DNA of 64,000 bases from the human T2T-CHM13v2.0 reference genome, Homo sapiens: the NCBI RefSeq assembly GCF_009914755.1, contig NC_060926.1. The stretch is one strand, 5' to 3'. The notes under the pieces were generated by a model, which saw only the letters and a list, made by a program, of their open reading frames with translations, made no database searches and had not been told where the DNA came from. Positions 44,396 through 57,489 of the stretch are shown here, piece after piece. Both the position numbers and the translations under genes were made by a program. Numbering within the stretch: position 1 is the stretch's first letter; every line of letters starts with the position of its first letter.

Positions 44396-46033
44396 AGAAT
44401 TAAAAAGCGTTTTTTTTTTTTTGTCCTGTTCTTTCTTTGTTTAGTTACCTTAAAAACCTGTGAAGTAATAATGAACTATCTGGAAAGAAAATTAGGAAAA
44501 CTCCCATTTATAATTGCACTGAAAAAAATAAAATACTTAGGAGGTGAAAGACTTGTACACTAAAAACCACAAAACATTGATTAAAAAAAATTAAAGACGA
44601 CAGACTGAGGGAGAGAGACAGAGAAAGAGGGGAGAAGGAGGAGGATTCAGGGAATAGGAGCTGCCTTCTGTGCCACAGAAGTAGAAGTAGAGATACTCAA
44701 GATTATGGCAGACAGGAGGCAGGACTAGATTGCAGCTCTGACTTGGATGGACAGAACACTGTGTGGAGGGTCGCATCATGAATTTTAGCTCCAGAATGAC
44801 TGCAGGAATAAATCAGGAATCCCAGAGGACCCACAGACCCTCTGAAGGAAGTGGATTGCTCCTGCAGGACCCGGGAGACACCCCAAATACCGTGAGTGCC
44901 CAAACTGTGGAAGTGGGAAAGGGAGATCATCCACCCCCAAACACACACCCCCACTGGGGAACCTGAAGGTCTAGTTTGCGGGAAAAGATTCCAGCCTTAC
45001 CTGGAGCTGAGTCAGTTTGGAGAGCCAAGCGAAATACAGGGGTAGAGGAAGCAGTGGGAGAGGCCCTTGGAGCTCTCTGGGTCCCCAAGCAGGCCATTTC
45101 TGCCTGGCACCACAGGGATCCTTCGGGGAAAATGCCACAGGGAGAAGGAAGTCTTCAGCTGAACTTTGTAACAATTTGAACTGGTTGAGAAGCCTCTTGG
45201 CCAGAACTTAGGGGAGGGCACATATCCGGCATGTAGACTCCACAGGTGCAGGAAGAACTAAAGCCCTTTTCTTCTGCAGCTGGAAGGTGGGTAACATGGG
45301 GCAAGTTCTCAGCCCTGCTTGTCCACTGTCTGAAAACAGACTCAGTGCTGTTGCAGAGAGGGGGCACGGTGGGAGTGAGAATGGCCCTTTGGATTGCATG
45401 GGAGCTGGGTGAGGCCTGTGACTGCTGGCTTTCCCCCACTTCCCTGACAACCTGCATGACTCAGCAGAGGCAGCCATAATCCTCCTAGGGACACAACTCG
45501 ATTGACCTGGGAACTTCACCCCCATCCCGCACAGCAGCTGCAGCAAGACCTGCCCAAGGAGAGTCTGAGCTCAGACACGCCTAACCCTGCCCCCACCTGA
45601 TTGTCCTTCTTTGCCCACCCTGGTAGCTGAAGACAAAGGGCATATACTCTTTGGAGTTCTAGGGCCCCACCCACTGCCGGTTTCTCTCCATACTACCACA
45701 GCTGATACTCTCTGGAAAGCACCACCTCCTGGCAGGAGGCCAACTAGCACAAATAGAGCATTAAACCACCAAAGCTAAGAACCCTTACAGAGTCCATTTC
45801 ATCCCCCTGCCACTTCCACTGAACAGGTGCTGTATCTACGGCTGAGAGACCCATAGACGGTTCACATCCCAGGACTCTGTGTAGACAACCCCAGTACCAG
45901 CCCAGAGCCTGGTAGACTTGCTGGGTGGCTAGACCCAGAAGAGAGATAACGATCTCTACAGCTTGGCTCTCAGGAAGCCACATCCATAGGAAAAGGGGGA
46001 GAGTACAGAGTTGTCAGGTTATCTAAAGTTAAG

Positions 46034-46375
46034 ATGAAGGAAAGAATCTTAAGAGCTGTGAGACAACAGCACCAGGTAACCTATAAAGGAAAACCTACCA
46101 GATTAACAGTAGATTGCTCAGCAGAAACCCTAGAAGCCAGAAGGAATTGGGGCCCTATCTTCAGCCTCCTCAAACAAAACGATTATCAGCCAAGAATTTT
46201 GTATCCAGAGAAACTAAGCATCATATATGAAGGAAACATACAGTCTTTTTCAGACAAACAAATGCTGAAAGAACTCACCACTACCAAGCCACCACTACAA
46301 GAACTGCTAAAAGGAGCTCTAAATTTTGAAACAAATCCTGGAAACACATCAAAACAGAACATCTTTAAAGCATAA
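46034..46375 (+). pseudogene. L1 ORF1p C-terminal remnant
   Basis: MKERILRAVRQQHQVTYKGKPTRLT...YQPRILYPEKLS. The N-terminal part is deleted at ~46005. Confidence 0.92.
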
Positions 46376-46456
46376 ATCTCACAGAACCTATAAAATAAAA
46401 ATACAAGTTAAAAAGCAAAAACAGAAAACCAAGGTACACAGGCAACAAATAGCACA

Positions 46457-46800
46457 ATGAATGGAATGGCACCTCATATCTCAATACTAACATTGAATCT
46501 AAATGTCCTAAATGCTATACTTAAAACATACAGAGTTGCAGAATGGATAAGAATTCACCAACAAACTATCTGCTGCCTTCAAGAGACTCACCTAATACAT
46601 AAGGACTCACATAAACTTAGTAAAGGGTGGAAAAAGGCATTTCATGCCAATGGACACCAAAAGTGAGCAGGGCTAGCTATTCTTACATCAGACAAAACAA
46701 AATTGAAAGCAATAGCAGTCAAAAAAGACAAAGAGGGACATTACATAATGGTAAAAGACCTTGTCCAACAGGAAAATATCACAATCCTAACCACATATGT
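46457..46800 (+). pseudogene. L1 ORF2p endonuclease remnant
   Basis: HISILTLNLNVLN...ICCLQETHL; frameshifted and cut by an LTR. Confidence 0.92.
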
Positions 46801-47324
46801 TGATAGAAGGGCTGAGGCAGGGCTTGCTTGTCTGACATAATGTAAGAGAGTCTTGGAACATATCCAGGGTCCAGGGTCTAAAACCCCTCATGGCCCATGG
46901 AACACCAAGCTCTGTGCCTAAGGGTGGAAGGCTGCCCCACCACACTACAATCTAAGCCCAAACATAAAACTCCTTGTGGCTTGGAGAGAATCCGGGACTC
47001 AGGGCATAAAACCCCTCGTGGCCTCTGGAATGTGTCCAGACTCGCTGGCGCCTTGCTTCTTGCTCTCCCAGGATCAAAAATTGATTGTACCTTGAGTTAG
47101 AAGAACCTGTTCTCCATTATCTCAAGTAGCAGAGCATATGCTAAACTGTCACATCTACGCTTGATGCACCATTATCTTGCTACTCCCACATCCTCACATC
47201 CTCACCACCTGCTTCTTTGATCACCAATAAATAGTGTGGGTTCCCAGAATTCGGAGGCTTCACAGCCTCCATACTAGCATTGGTCCCCTGGACCCACCCT
47301 ATGTACTTTTAACTTGTCTTGTGT
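46801..47324 (+). mobile_element. ERV LTR inserted in L1 ORF2, 3' end apparently lost (family not assigned)
   Basis: Non-L1 block starting tgatagaaggg, three aaaac(c/t)cct..tggc repeats, aataaa at ~47226, U5-like pyrimidine tract. Confidence 0.75.
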
Positions 47325-48324
47325 CACATAAACTTGAAAACCTAGAAGAGATGGATAAATTCCTGGAAAAATACAACCCTCTTAGCTTAAATCAGCAAGA
47401 ATTAGATACAATAAATAGATCAATAACAAGCAGCAAGATTAAAATGGTAATTAAAAAATTACCAACAAAAAAGTCCAGGATCAGATGGAGTCACAGCAGA
47501 ATTCTACCAGACATTCAGAGAAGAATTGATACCAATTATTTGACACTATTCCACAAGATAGAGAAAGAGGGAACCCTCCCTAATTCATTCTATGAATCCA
47601 GCATCACCCTAATACCAAAACTAGGAAAGGACATAACCAAAAAAGAAAACTACGGACTGATACCCTTGATGAATATAGATGCTACAATCCTTAACAAAAT
47701 ACCATCTAACCAAATCCAACAATATATCAAAAAGATAATCCACCATGATCAAGTGGGTTTCATACCAGGGATGACTAACATATGTAAGTCATTAAATGTG
47801 ATATACCACATAAACAGCATTAAAAACAAAAATCACATGATCTCAATAGATGCAGAAAAAGCATTTGACAAAATCCAGCATCCCTTTGTTATTAAAACTC
47901 TCAGCAAAATCAGCATACAAAGGCCATACATCAATGTAATAAAAGCCATCTATGACAAACCCACAGCCAACATAATACTGAACGGGGAAAAGTTGAAAGC
48001 ATTCCCTCTGAGAACTGGAACAAGACAAGGATGCCCACTGTCACCACTCCTCTTCAACATAGTATTGGAAGTGCTAGCCAGGGTAATCAGACAAGAGAAA
48101 GAAATAAAGGCCATCCAAATTGGTAAAGAGGAAGTCAAACTGTCACTGTCTGCTGATGATATGATTGTTTACCTCGAAAACCCTAAGGACTCCTCCAGAA
48201 AGTTCCTAGAACTGATAGAAGAATTCAGCAAAGCTTCTGGATACAAGACTAATGCACACAAATCAGTAGCTCCCCTATACACCAACAGTGACCAAGCAGA
48301 GAATCAAATTAAGACCTCAACCCT
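47325..48324 (+). pseudogene. L1 ORF2p reverse-transcriptase remnant (open frame)
   Basis: [12 protein letters not shown]...[11 protein letters not shown]...[12 protein letters not shown]...[13 protein letters not shown]...SADDMIVY; ends in an Alu. Confidence 0.95.
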
Positions 48325-48658
48325 GGCTGGGTATGGTGGCTCATGCCTGTAATCCCAGCACTTTGGGAGGCTGAGGCAGGTGGATCACGAGGTCAGGAGA
48401 TCGAGACCATCCTGGCCAACATGGTGAAGCCTCGTCTCTACTAAAAATACAAAAATTAGCTGGGCGCGTGGTGGTGCATGCCTGTAGTCCCAGCTACTCA
48501 GGAGGCTGAAGCAGGAGAATAGCTTGAATCCGGGAGGCGGAGGTTGCAGTGAGCCGAGATCGCACCACTGTGCTCTAGCCTGGGCGACAAAGCGAGACTC
48601 CGTCTCAAAAAACAAAAACAAAACAAAAAAACAACAAAAAACAAACAACAACAACAAC
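48325..48658 (+). mobile_element. Alu SINE, AluSc-like
   Basis: gatcacgaggtcaggagatcgagaccatcctggccaac, CA-patterned A-tail, TSD ctcaaccc. Confidence 0.95.
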
Positions 48659-49296
48659 GAAACTCAACCCCTTTTAAAATAGCTGCAAAAAACAATAATA
48701 CTTAGGAATATACCTAACCAAAGAGGCAAAAGACCTCTACAAGGAAAACTACAAAACACTGATGAAAGAAATCACAGATGCACAAACAAATGGAAACACA
48801 TCCCATGCTCATGGATGGATAGAATCAATATTGTGAAAATGACCATACTGCCAAAAGTAATCTATAAATTCAACACAATCTTCATCAAAATACCACCATC
48901 ATTCTTCACAGAATTAGAAAAAACAATTCTAAAATTCATATGGAACCAAAAAAGAGCCCGCATAGCCAAAGCAAGACTAAGCAAAAAGAACAAATCTGGA
49001 GGCATCACACTACCTGATTTCAAACTATAAGGCCATACTCACCAAAACAGCATGGTACTGATATAAAAATAGGCACAAAGACCAATGGGACAGAATAGAG
49101 AACCCAGAAATAAACCCAAATACTTACAGCCAACTGATCTTCGACAAAGCAAACAAAAACAAAGTGGGGAAAAGACATCCTTTTCAACAAATGGTGCTGG
49201 GATAATTGGCTAGCTACACATAGAAGAATGAAACTGGATCCTCATCTCTCACCTCATACAAAAATCAACTCAAGACGGATTAAGAACTTAAATCTA

Positions 49297-49735
<439 letters not shown>

Positions 49736-52341
49736 TTAAACTAAAGAGATTTAGTTAAACTAAACTAAATGAACAGTCAGCAGAGTGAACAGACAACACA
49801 CAGAATGGGAGAAAATCTTCACAATCTATACATCCGACAAAGGACTAATATCCAGACTCTACAAGGAACTCAAATCAGCAAGAAAAAAAAATCCCCCCAG
49901 AAAGTGGGCTAAGGACATGAATGGACAATTCTCAAAAGAAGATATACAAATGGTCCACAAACATATAAAAAAATGCTCAACATCACTAATAATCAGGAAC
50001 ATGCAAATCAAAACCACAATGCAACACCACCTTGCTCCTGCAAGAATGGCCATAATCAAAAAATAAAAAAATCAGTAGATGTTGGCAAGGATGTGGTAAT
50101 CAGGGAACACTTCTTCACTGCTGGTAGGAATGCAAACTAGTACAGCCACTACGGAAAACAGTGTGGAGATTCCTTAAAGAGCTAAAAGTGGAACTACCAT
50201 TTGATCCAGCAATCCTACTACTGGGTATCTACCCAGAGGACAAGAAGTCATTATTTGAAAAAGATACTTGCACACGCATGTTTATAGCAGCGCAATTCAC
50301 AACTGCAAAATCGTGGAACCAACCCAAATGCCCATCAATGAGTGGATAAAGAAACTGTGGTATATATATATATACAATGGAATACTACTTAGCCATAAAA
50401 AGGAATGAATCAACAGCATTCACAGCAACTTGGATGAAATTGGAGACTATTATTCTAAGTACAGTAACTCAGGAATGGAAAACCAAACATCGTATGTTCT
50501 CACTGATATGTGGGAGCTAAGCTATGAGGATGCAAAGGCATAAGAATGATACAATGGACTTTGGGGACTTGGGGGAAGGGTAGGGGGGAGGAATAAAACA
50601 TTATAAATAGGGTGCAGGGTATACTGCTTGGGTGATGGGTGCACCAAAGTCTCACAAATCACCACTATTGAACTTATTCATATAACTAACCACCACCTGT
50701 ATCCTAATAACCTATGGGAAAATAAAAAAAAAAGGACAAATGGACACCCCATGTTCATGAATTGAAAGACTTATTAAAATATCCATTCTATCCAAAGCAA
50801 TCTACAGATTCAATGCAATCCCTATAAAAGTCTCAATGGCATTTTTTACATAAATAGAAAAAAAAGTTAAAATTTATATAAAACTACAAAATACCCCAAA
50901 TAGCCAAAACACACTTGAGAAAGAAGAACAAAGCTGGAGGCATCACACTTCCTGATTTCAGAATACTACAACAATTTAAAACAGTCTAGTACTGGACAAG
51001 GATAGACATATAGAACAATGGAGCAGAATAAAGAGCGCAGAAATTAATCCACACACGCATGGTCAACTGATCCTCAACAAAGGTGCTAAAAATACAGAAT
51101 GGGGAAAGGATAGTCTTTTTCATAAATGGTGTTGGGAAAACTGGGTATCAACATGCAATAAAAAAATTTGATTTTTATCTTACACCACACACAAAAATCA
51201 ACTCAAAATAGATGAAAGACTTAAATGTAAGACCTGAACTATAAAACTCCTATAAGAAAACATAGGAGAAATCTTCATGCATTGGTCTGGGTCATGATTT
51301 TCTGGATATATCCCCAAAAGCACAGGCAACAAAGGCAAAAATAGAACAATGAGACTGCATCAAACTAAAAAGCTTCTGCACATCAAAAGAAGTAATTAAT
51401 AGAGTGAAAAGGCAGCCTATAGAATGGGAGAAAATGTTTGTAAACCATATATCAAATAAGGGGTTAATTTCCAAAATATATAAGGAAAACAGCTAATAAC
51501 CAATTTAAAAATGGGCCAAATACTTGAACAGACATTTCTCCAAAGACAACACACAAATGGCCAATAGCTATATGAAAAGATGCTGAACGTCACTAGTTAT
51601 CAGGGAAACAAATCAAAACCACACTGTTAGGATGGCTATTATGAAAAAGACAAAAGATAACAAGTGTTGGAAAATACATGGAGAAATTGGAGTACTTGAC
51701 ACTGTTGGTGGGAATGCAAAACGTTACAGCCTCTATGGAAAGCAGTATGAAGACTCTCCCTAAAATTAAAAATAGAACCACCATATGATTCAGCAGTCCC
51801 ATTTCTGGATATATATACACACAAAGGAATTCAAATTAGGATCTCAAAAATGTATTTGCACTCCCAACTTCACTGCAGCATTATTCACAATAACCAAGAT
51901 GTGGAAACAACCTAAATGCCCAATGTTGAATGAATAGAAAGGAAATATGGTTTATAGATACAATGGAATATTATTCAGCTTTAAAAAAGAAGGAAATCTT
52001 TCAATTTTCAACAATGCAGAAGAACCTGGAGAACATTATGCTAAGTGAAATAAGCCAGGCACATACAGACAAATAGTGCATGATCTTACATATATATATG
52101 GAATCTAAAATAGTCATGTTTATAGAATCAGAATTGTGGTTATCAGGAGGAAATGAGGAGTTGCTAATTGCAACAGGTATAGTCTTAATTACACAAGCTA
52201 AATAAGTTCTAGAGATCTGTACAACACTGTTCCTATAGTTAACAATACTGTATTGTACTCTTAAACATTTAACACAGTAATCTGTTAAGTGCTCTTACAA
52301 TTACATATATGTGTGTATATATATATATATAATGTGTGTGT

Positions 52342-52411
52342 GTATTTGGCTAGTACTTAGTGCCACTAACCCTGAGATGGAGGTTAGTGGTACTAAGTCC
52401 TAGCCAAATAC
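52342..52411. repeat. Inverted repeat: 30-bp arms, 10-nt loop
   Basis: gtatttggctagtacttagtgccactaacc / ggttagtggtactaagtcctagccaaatac, 28/30 complementary. Confidence 0.95.
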
Positions 52412-53074
52412 TTTCTCATGGTAACTAACAAATAACAACTAGGGTTGATGAAGGATCTTGGAGTTCAGCTAGCTGAGTGCCGACTAAAGTACCTGAGGAT
52501 ACCTCTTCTGAGGAAGAGATAATTTAGGAAGGACATACAAGCTGTCTTTAAGTGTTAGGAAGCATTATGTCAAACAGGGATTAGTTTCATTCATTATCAC
52601 TCTAAAGCTCTACTCTCCACTTTTAAAAAATTGTTCACCCATAACAGTAAAATATTTTCAGTACTCTTCCGGCAAGTATATATTTATTTACAAGTTATAT
52701 GCACATTAATTGTTAGCAGAGTTGAAGTTCTTTTTTGTTTTTAAGATGGAAAATAAGCCGTCTTTGTATTTTCCCCCCACTCTGGAGGGTGACTTGTGCT
52801 GCCCCTGGAATGTGCACACCCTGATATGGAGACCACGGTTTTGTGGGGACAGCTAGTACCAGCAGGAGAATTTCAAGAAAGTTGATTCTGGCCTTACTGG
52901 ATTGTCATATCTATAGCCCTCTCCTATGGTAGAGCCCCAGGAATTAATTTTTCCAAGAGCAGTTATTTCTGGGGTTGTGCGATCCCGACACCTGATTAGA
53001 CCAAGGTTGGTGCCCAGGCCAAAGCAAGCATGGACATAAAGGAAGAACATAAAAGAAGCTGTTGCATATCAGGT

Positions 53075-53540
53075 GGCATGTGAGTTGGGCCCTTCAGGAA
53101 GCAGATGCCAAGATGGAATTAAAAGAGCAACAGATGTACTGGAGGGAAATGTTTGGGAAGGATACAGGGGACAGGAAGCAGGAGTAGACAGAAAGATCCT
53201 GTAGACCATGAAGCTCGTCTGACACCAGAGAAAGGAGAGAGGGAAAGGAGGATTGTGTAGGAAGAGCCTCAGGCTGCAGGGCATCTGAGAAAAATCTCAG
53301 CTGGATGGGTGGGGAGTCTTCAGATGAGGTTGCCTGCTGGAAGAGTCCTTTGTCAGGAAACAGTGCCCTATCTCTGCTTCCCTTGCTGTGTTCAGTGACT
53401 GACTGGGAGTAGCCCATTCGGTGTGGGGCTTGTGAAGGCTGTGGTGGATCCTGAGGTGCAGCCGCTAGAGGCTGTCCACTGACTACACCCTCCCAGAAGG
53501 GAAGCTTGGAAAGAGCATTTCCACGGGGTTCTGAATTGCA
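53075..53540 (-). mobile_element. Old ERVL LTR (LTR16-like)
   Basis: gagttgggcccttcaggaagcagatgccaagatgga...tccctgctgtg-like motifs. Family from memory. Confidence 0.55.
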
Positions 53541-53971
53541 TGCTGACAAATTGACCCAACCAGATTTGCTCCCTTGTGAAGAACAAATGCCTGCTGCTAA
53601 GGATAGACGACTCACCCGGTCCTTGGGAATGCTTATAGGACCTCAATGACACTTGGCTCTTGTTTCAGTTCCCTGTGAGTGACCCCTGCAATCCAGGCAG
53701 AGTCCTGTCTTGGAATTCCTGCCTCCTCCCTTCTGCATGTGACCTTACCCTACTCCCTCATCATCTAGGTTCATGAGCGCATGCCTTCCCAGGACCCAGA
53801 AGAGCCTCCCTGAAACATTGTTACCTCTAAGGAAGAACTTTCTAATGCTAACAGCCACACAACAGTGGAATGTGCTAGCCCCTTAGGAAGTACAGATTGT
53901 CCTATCACTGCACTTGCTTTTGCTCAGGTGGCATAGTTTCCTGAAAATTTGACGTTAACTGGAAATTTGGA

Positions 53972-54165
53972 CTAGACCAATGCTTCTCAAAGAGCGTGCC
54001 ACCTGCATCAGAATCAGATATGTGTGGGAAGTGGGGTGGTGAGTGGGGAGGAGTGGTTAAAATGCAGATCTCTGGACCTTACCCAGACCTCTCAATCAGC
54101 ATATCTTGGGAAAAGATTCAGGTATCAGCAAACTTATGTTGAAGCTGGCCGGAGAAAACATACTA
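53972..54165. mobile_element. MER5-type hAT element
   Basis: ccaatgcttctcaaa...cctgcatcagaatc...gttaaaatgcagat. Confidence 0.6.
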
Positions 54166-54962
54166 TGAGGTCCCTCCCTACTCTGAGAGTCTACGATTCA
54201 ACTTCTAAAGCTGTTTATTAACTGGGACTGGCTGGAAGCCCTTGGAAAAGTTAGTTAACCTTTGGGCCTCAGTTTTGTCACCTTTGAAACAGAAGTTCAA
54301 TTATAGTCTCTCTAACTCTGGAGTCCATGCCTCTTATCTATCTTCTCTCTCTTGATTTGAAGTTTGCTTGTGTCTGGGTACAAGTGAGCATGTGAAAAAA
54401 AAATTTTTTTTTGCAATGAAATAAAATAGTAAGTACTCAATAAATTTTTGTTGACTGATACCTTGGTTTAGGCTTAGTCAAAGGAGACCATTCAAAACAT
54501 GAGGAAAGCCACATCTTAAAAGCTAGGAGCTTCCCAAACCTTGGCTCACTTCAGAGTCTAACATGAAAGCCGTTATTTAAGTTGTGCTTCTGAAGTGGGC
54601 TGAAGGCCAAGGCAGTGGCTTACACATCACAGGACTGCTGCAGGCCAATAAATGCTCTGCTAGCGATGCTCATTGCTTGAAAGAGGTTTCCCCTGTGTGG
54701 CTTTATCAAAGGCCACAGGCCGGCAGCCGGACACGCAGAACTGTTCCTGTGTGGATACAGAGGCTCTCTGTCAGGCTGCCCCTTGCAGGAACCACAGGGT
54801 TGGTTTTCATCCTCTCTGTAGGGAGGAGGATGGAGGAGGAGGTGGGGAGAAGGACACCTGTGGGGTTTATCCAGATCCCAGAAGTAGCAGGCAAGACATG
54901 CAATCACATCTAGGGATACAGAAGCCTCAGACTGGTGGCTTTGGTTGCAGTGTCTCCATCTA

Positions 54963-55102
54963 CTTTTTTTCTTTTTTTAAATAATTCAGATGGGGCCTTG
55001 CTATGTTGCCCAGGCTGGTCACAAACTCCTAGGCTCAAGCAATCCTCCCTCCTTAGTCTCCCAAAGTGCTGGGATTACAGGCATGAGCCACTGCACCTGG
55101 CC
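54963..55102 (-). mobile_element. Free left Alu monomer (FLAM-like)
   Basis: Left monomer with T-tail. TSD ccatctacttt. Confidence 0.88.
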
Positions 55103-56282
55103 ACCATCTACTTTGGTTTTAGGAGAACACTTAGGAAAAAGGAGTGCTGTATTTCTGAGTCAAGGACATTGGGTGCTGCTGGTAATCATATAGGTGCCCC
55201 TGCCTGCATGGGGCCTGTATGGCTCCTGTCAGCTAAAAGTAGTTATTATTTGGGTCAGGTTGCCTGTGCTGGGGGAGCCTGGGCTCTCTCATCAGAGTCC
55301 TCTCCCCTCCTTTTCGGGAGAATCTGTCTTCAGAAACATCTGGGTGAGCCATTTCTGCTGACAGTCATCCCCATGTCTATGACCTTGTGAGATACCCAAT
55401 GACTCTCATCTTTTGGTCCCCAGGCTCTGATCTAACACAAGCCTTGTCCAGCCTCATCTTGAGTTTTCAGGTAAGACCCCTTGGTTTAGTCCCTTACTTG
55501 TTCTTCCCTAATTCTCCTGCCTATAGAGATAAACCTCCGAGATTCCCCAGAGAGCTGAGGACTGGATGACATTCCCAGTGTTTTTTACTACACATGTTCC
55601 CCCGAGGGAAGAGGATTTGCAGGAATTCAAACCCACTGTGTGTGAAGCACCCCCTATGTGTCTTACATGAATGCTCTCTAAGGTGGGCTGTGAGATCCCC
55701 AAGGATGACCCACTGGGGAGCAGGAAGAACATGCCAGTACTCCTACTCATATTTATTTTCCAATCCAAGATACAAGAAAGAGATGAAGTTTACTCACATT
55801 TAATGGAAGCTAGCACCTTCATGCCTGGCATGTAAGGTATCTTGAGGGCAGAATGAGGGTTTCAATCACACAGAAGGCTAACAGTGGCATTCTTGGGCTT
55901 TTGTTTATTTTTTTAGCATACTGAGACAAACTGCAATGAACATTAGATTTATAAATTCTAAAATAATGCTCACAAGTGGACAAGCGGCTTATAAAGAAGG
56001 CATGGATTGAAAATCCTACTAAAACATAAATCCAAGCAAATCTCATGAACACACAGAGAAAAAGTAGGGGACATTTCTATTCCCACAGTGAGCTGTGTCA
56101 GGCTCATTGTGTTACAAAGTAAAAACAATGACAATCTGATCAGATCCGAGAAGTTGAAGAAAGCTGGTAAGGAAGGCAATTTGGAATATGGATTTACATC
56201 CACAATCTTTAAGGTGAGCCTCCCTCTAAGTTTATATCATGCTTCAAGAGATTAGCAAATGGTGATATAAAACCATCACACT

Positions 56283-56592
56283 GGCTGGGCGTGATGGCTC
56301 ATGCCCATAATCCTCACACTTTGGGAGGCTGAGGCAGGCGAATCACGAGGTCAGGAGTTTGAGACCGGTCTGGCCAACATAGTGAAACCCTGTCTCTACT
56401 AAAAGTACAAAAAATTAGCCAGGTGTGGTGGTGTGCACCTGTAATCCTAGCTACTCGGGAGGCTGAGGCAAGAGAATCGTGTGAACCCAGGAGGTGGAGG
56501 TTGCGGTGAGCCGAGATAGTGCCATTACACTCCAGCCCAGGCAACAGTGCAAGACACTGTCTCAAAACAAACAAAAAAACAAAAACAAAAAA
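56283..56592 (+). mobile_element. Alu SINE, AluS (Sg-like)
   Basis: Full dimer. TSD ccatcacact. Confidence 0.95.
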
Positions 56593-56795
56593 CCCCCATC
56601 ACACTTAGCAGCGTGTTTAAAAACTAAGCACCCAACACATGAAGACATGTCTCTACAGTTTTTCAGCAATATTTAAAGTCAGGAAAAAAAAATCTTGTTA
56701 GAAAATTTTACTAAACACAGATGGTTCCATGGTGAGCACTCTGGACTCTGAATGCAGAAAATTTTATTAAACATAATAATATATGTTTAAAGTGT

Positions 56796-57123
56796 CTTTT
56801 TTTTTTTGGAGACAGGATCTCTCTTACCCCCCAGGCTAGACTGCACTGGTGCGATCATAGCTCACTGACTGCAGCCTGCCTTGCCTTCCCAGGCCCAACG
56901 AATCCTCCCACCTCAGCCTCCTGAGAAGCATGGAATACAGGCACATGTCACTATGAGTGGCTAATTTTTAGGTTTTTTTTTTCTTTTCTTTTTTTTTTTT
57001 TTTGTAGAGATGGGGGTCTCATTATGTTGCCCAGACTGGTCTTGAACTCCTGAGCTCAAGTGATCCTCCCTGTGTGTCCTCCCAAAATGTTCGGATTACA
57101 GGTGTGAGCCACTGCTCCCAGCT
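56796..57123 (-). mobile_element. Alu SINE, AluJ-type
   Basis: Reverse dimer. TSD ttaaagt(g/c)tctttt. Confidence 0.92.
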
Positions 57124-57489
57124 TAAAGTCTCTTTTGAGGTTTCTTATGCAATAGCAAAAGGCAAAAAGTTGTACACTACTAGAGGAATACTTTCTGACA
57201 CTGGAAAATATTCTGAGTTCCTGGCTGAAATACATAGAACACACTATGGCAAAAAACTATGATGCATTCATTTGTTAGAAAAACAACATTGGAAACTGTT
57301 GAATGATGCTTAGAAAACATTGCTTAAAATTTGGAGCAAGAAGCATTAAAATGGATTGCTCAGCGTGAGAGGTGTTTTATATTATACTGTTGGATGGAAG
57401 TATAGATGTATCAGCTTATGGTCATTCTAAGATTCTATTTCAATAAAGAAATACCACAAAAATTCCTTTTTTTTTTTTTTAAATAATAC

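Noticed and set aside
47234-48352. 372-aa reverse-transcriptase ORF as a novel RT system or host gene
   Set aside because: Clearly L1 ORF2p in a decayed L1PB. Recorded as a pseudogene remnant, with a low-interest note.
55423-55476. Possible small exon (ccccag acceptor, CAG/GTAAGA donor)
   Set aside because: Splice-like motifs occur often by chance; no partner exons or transcript evidence is visible.
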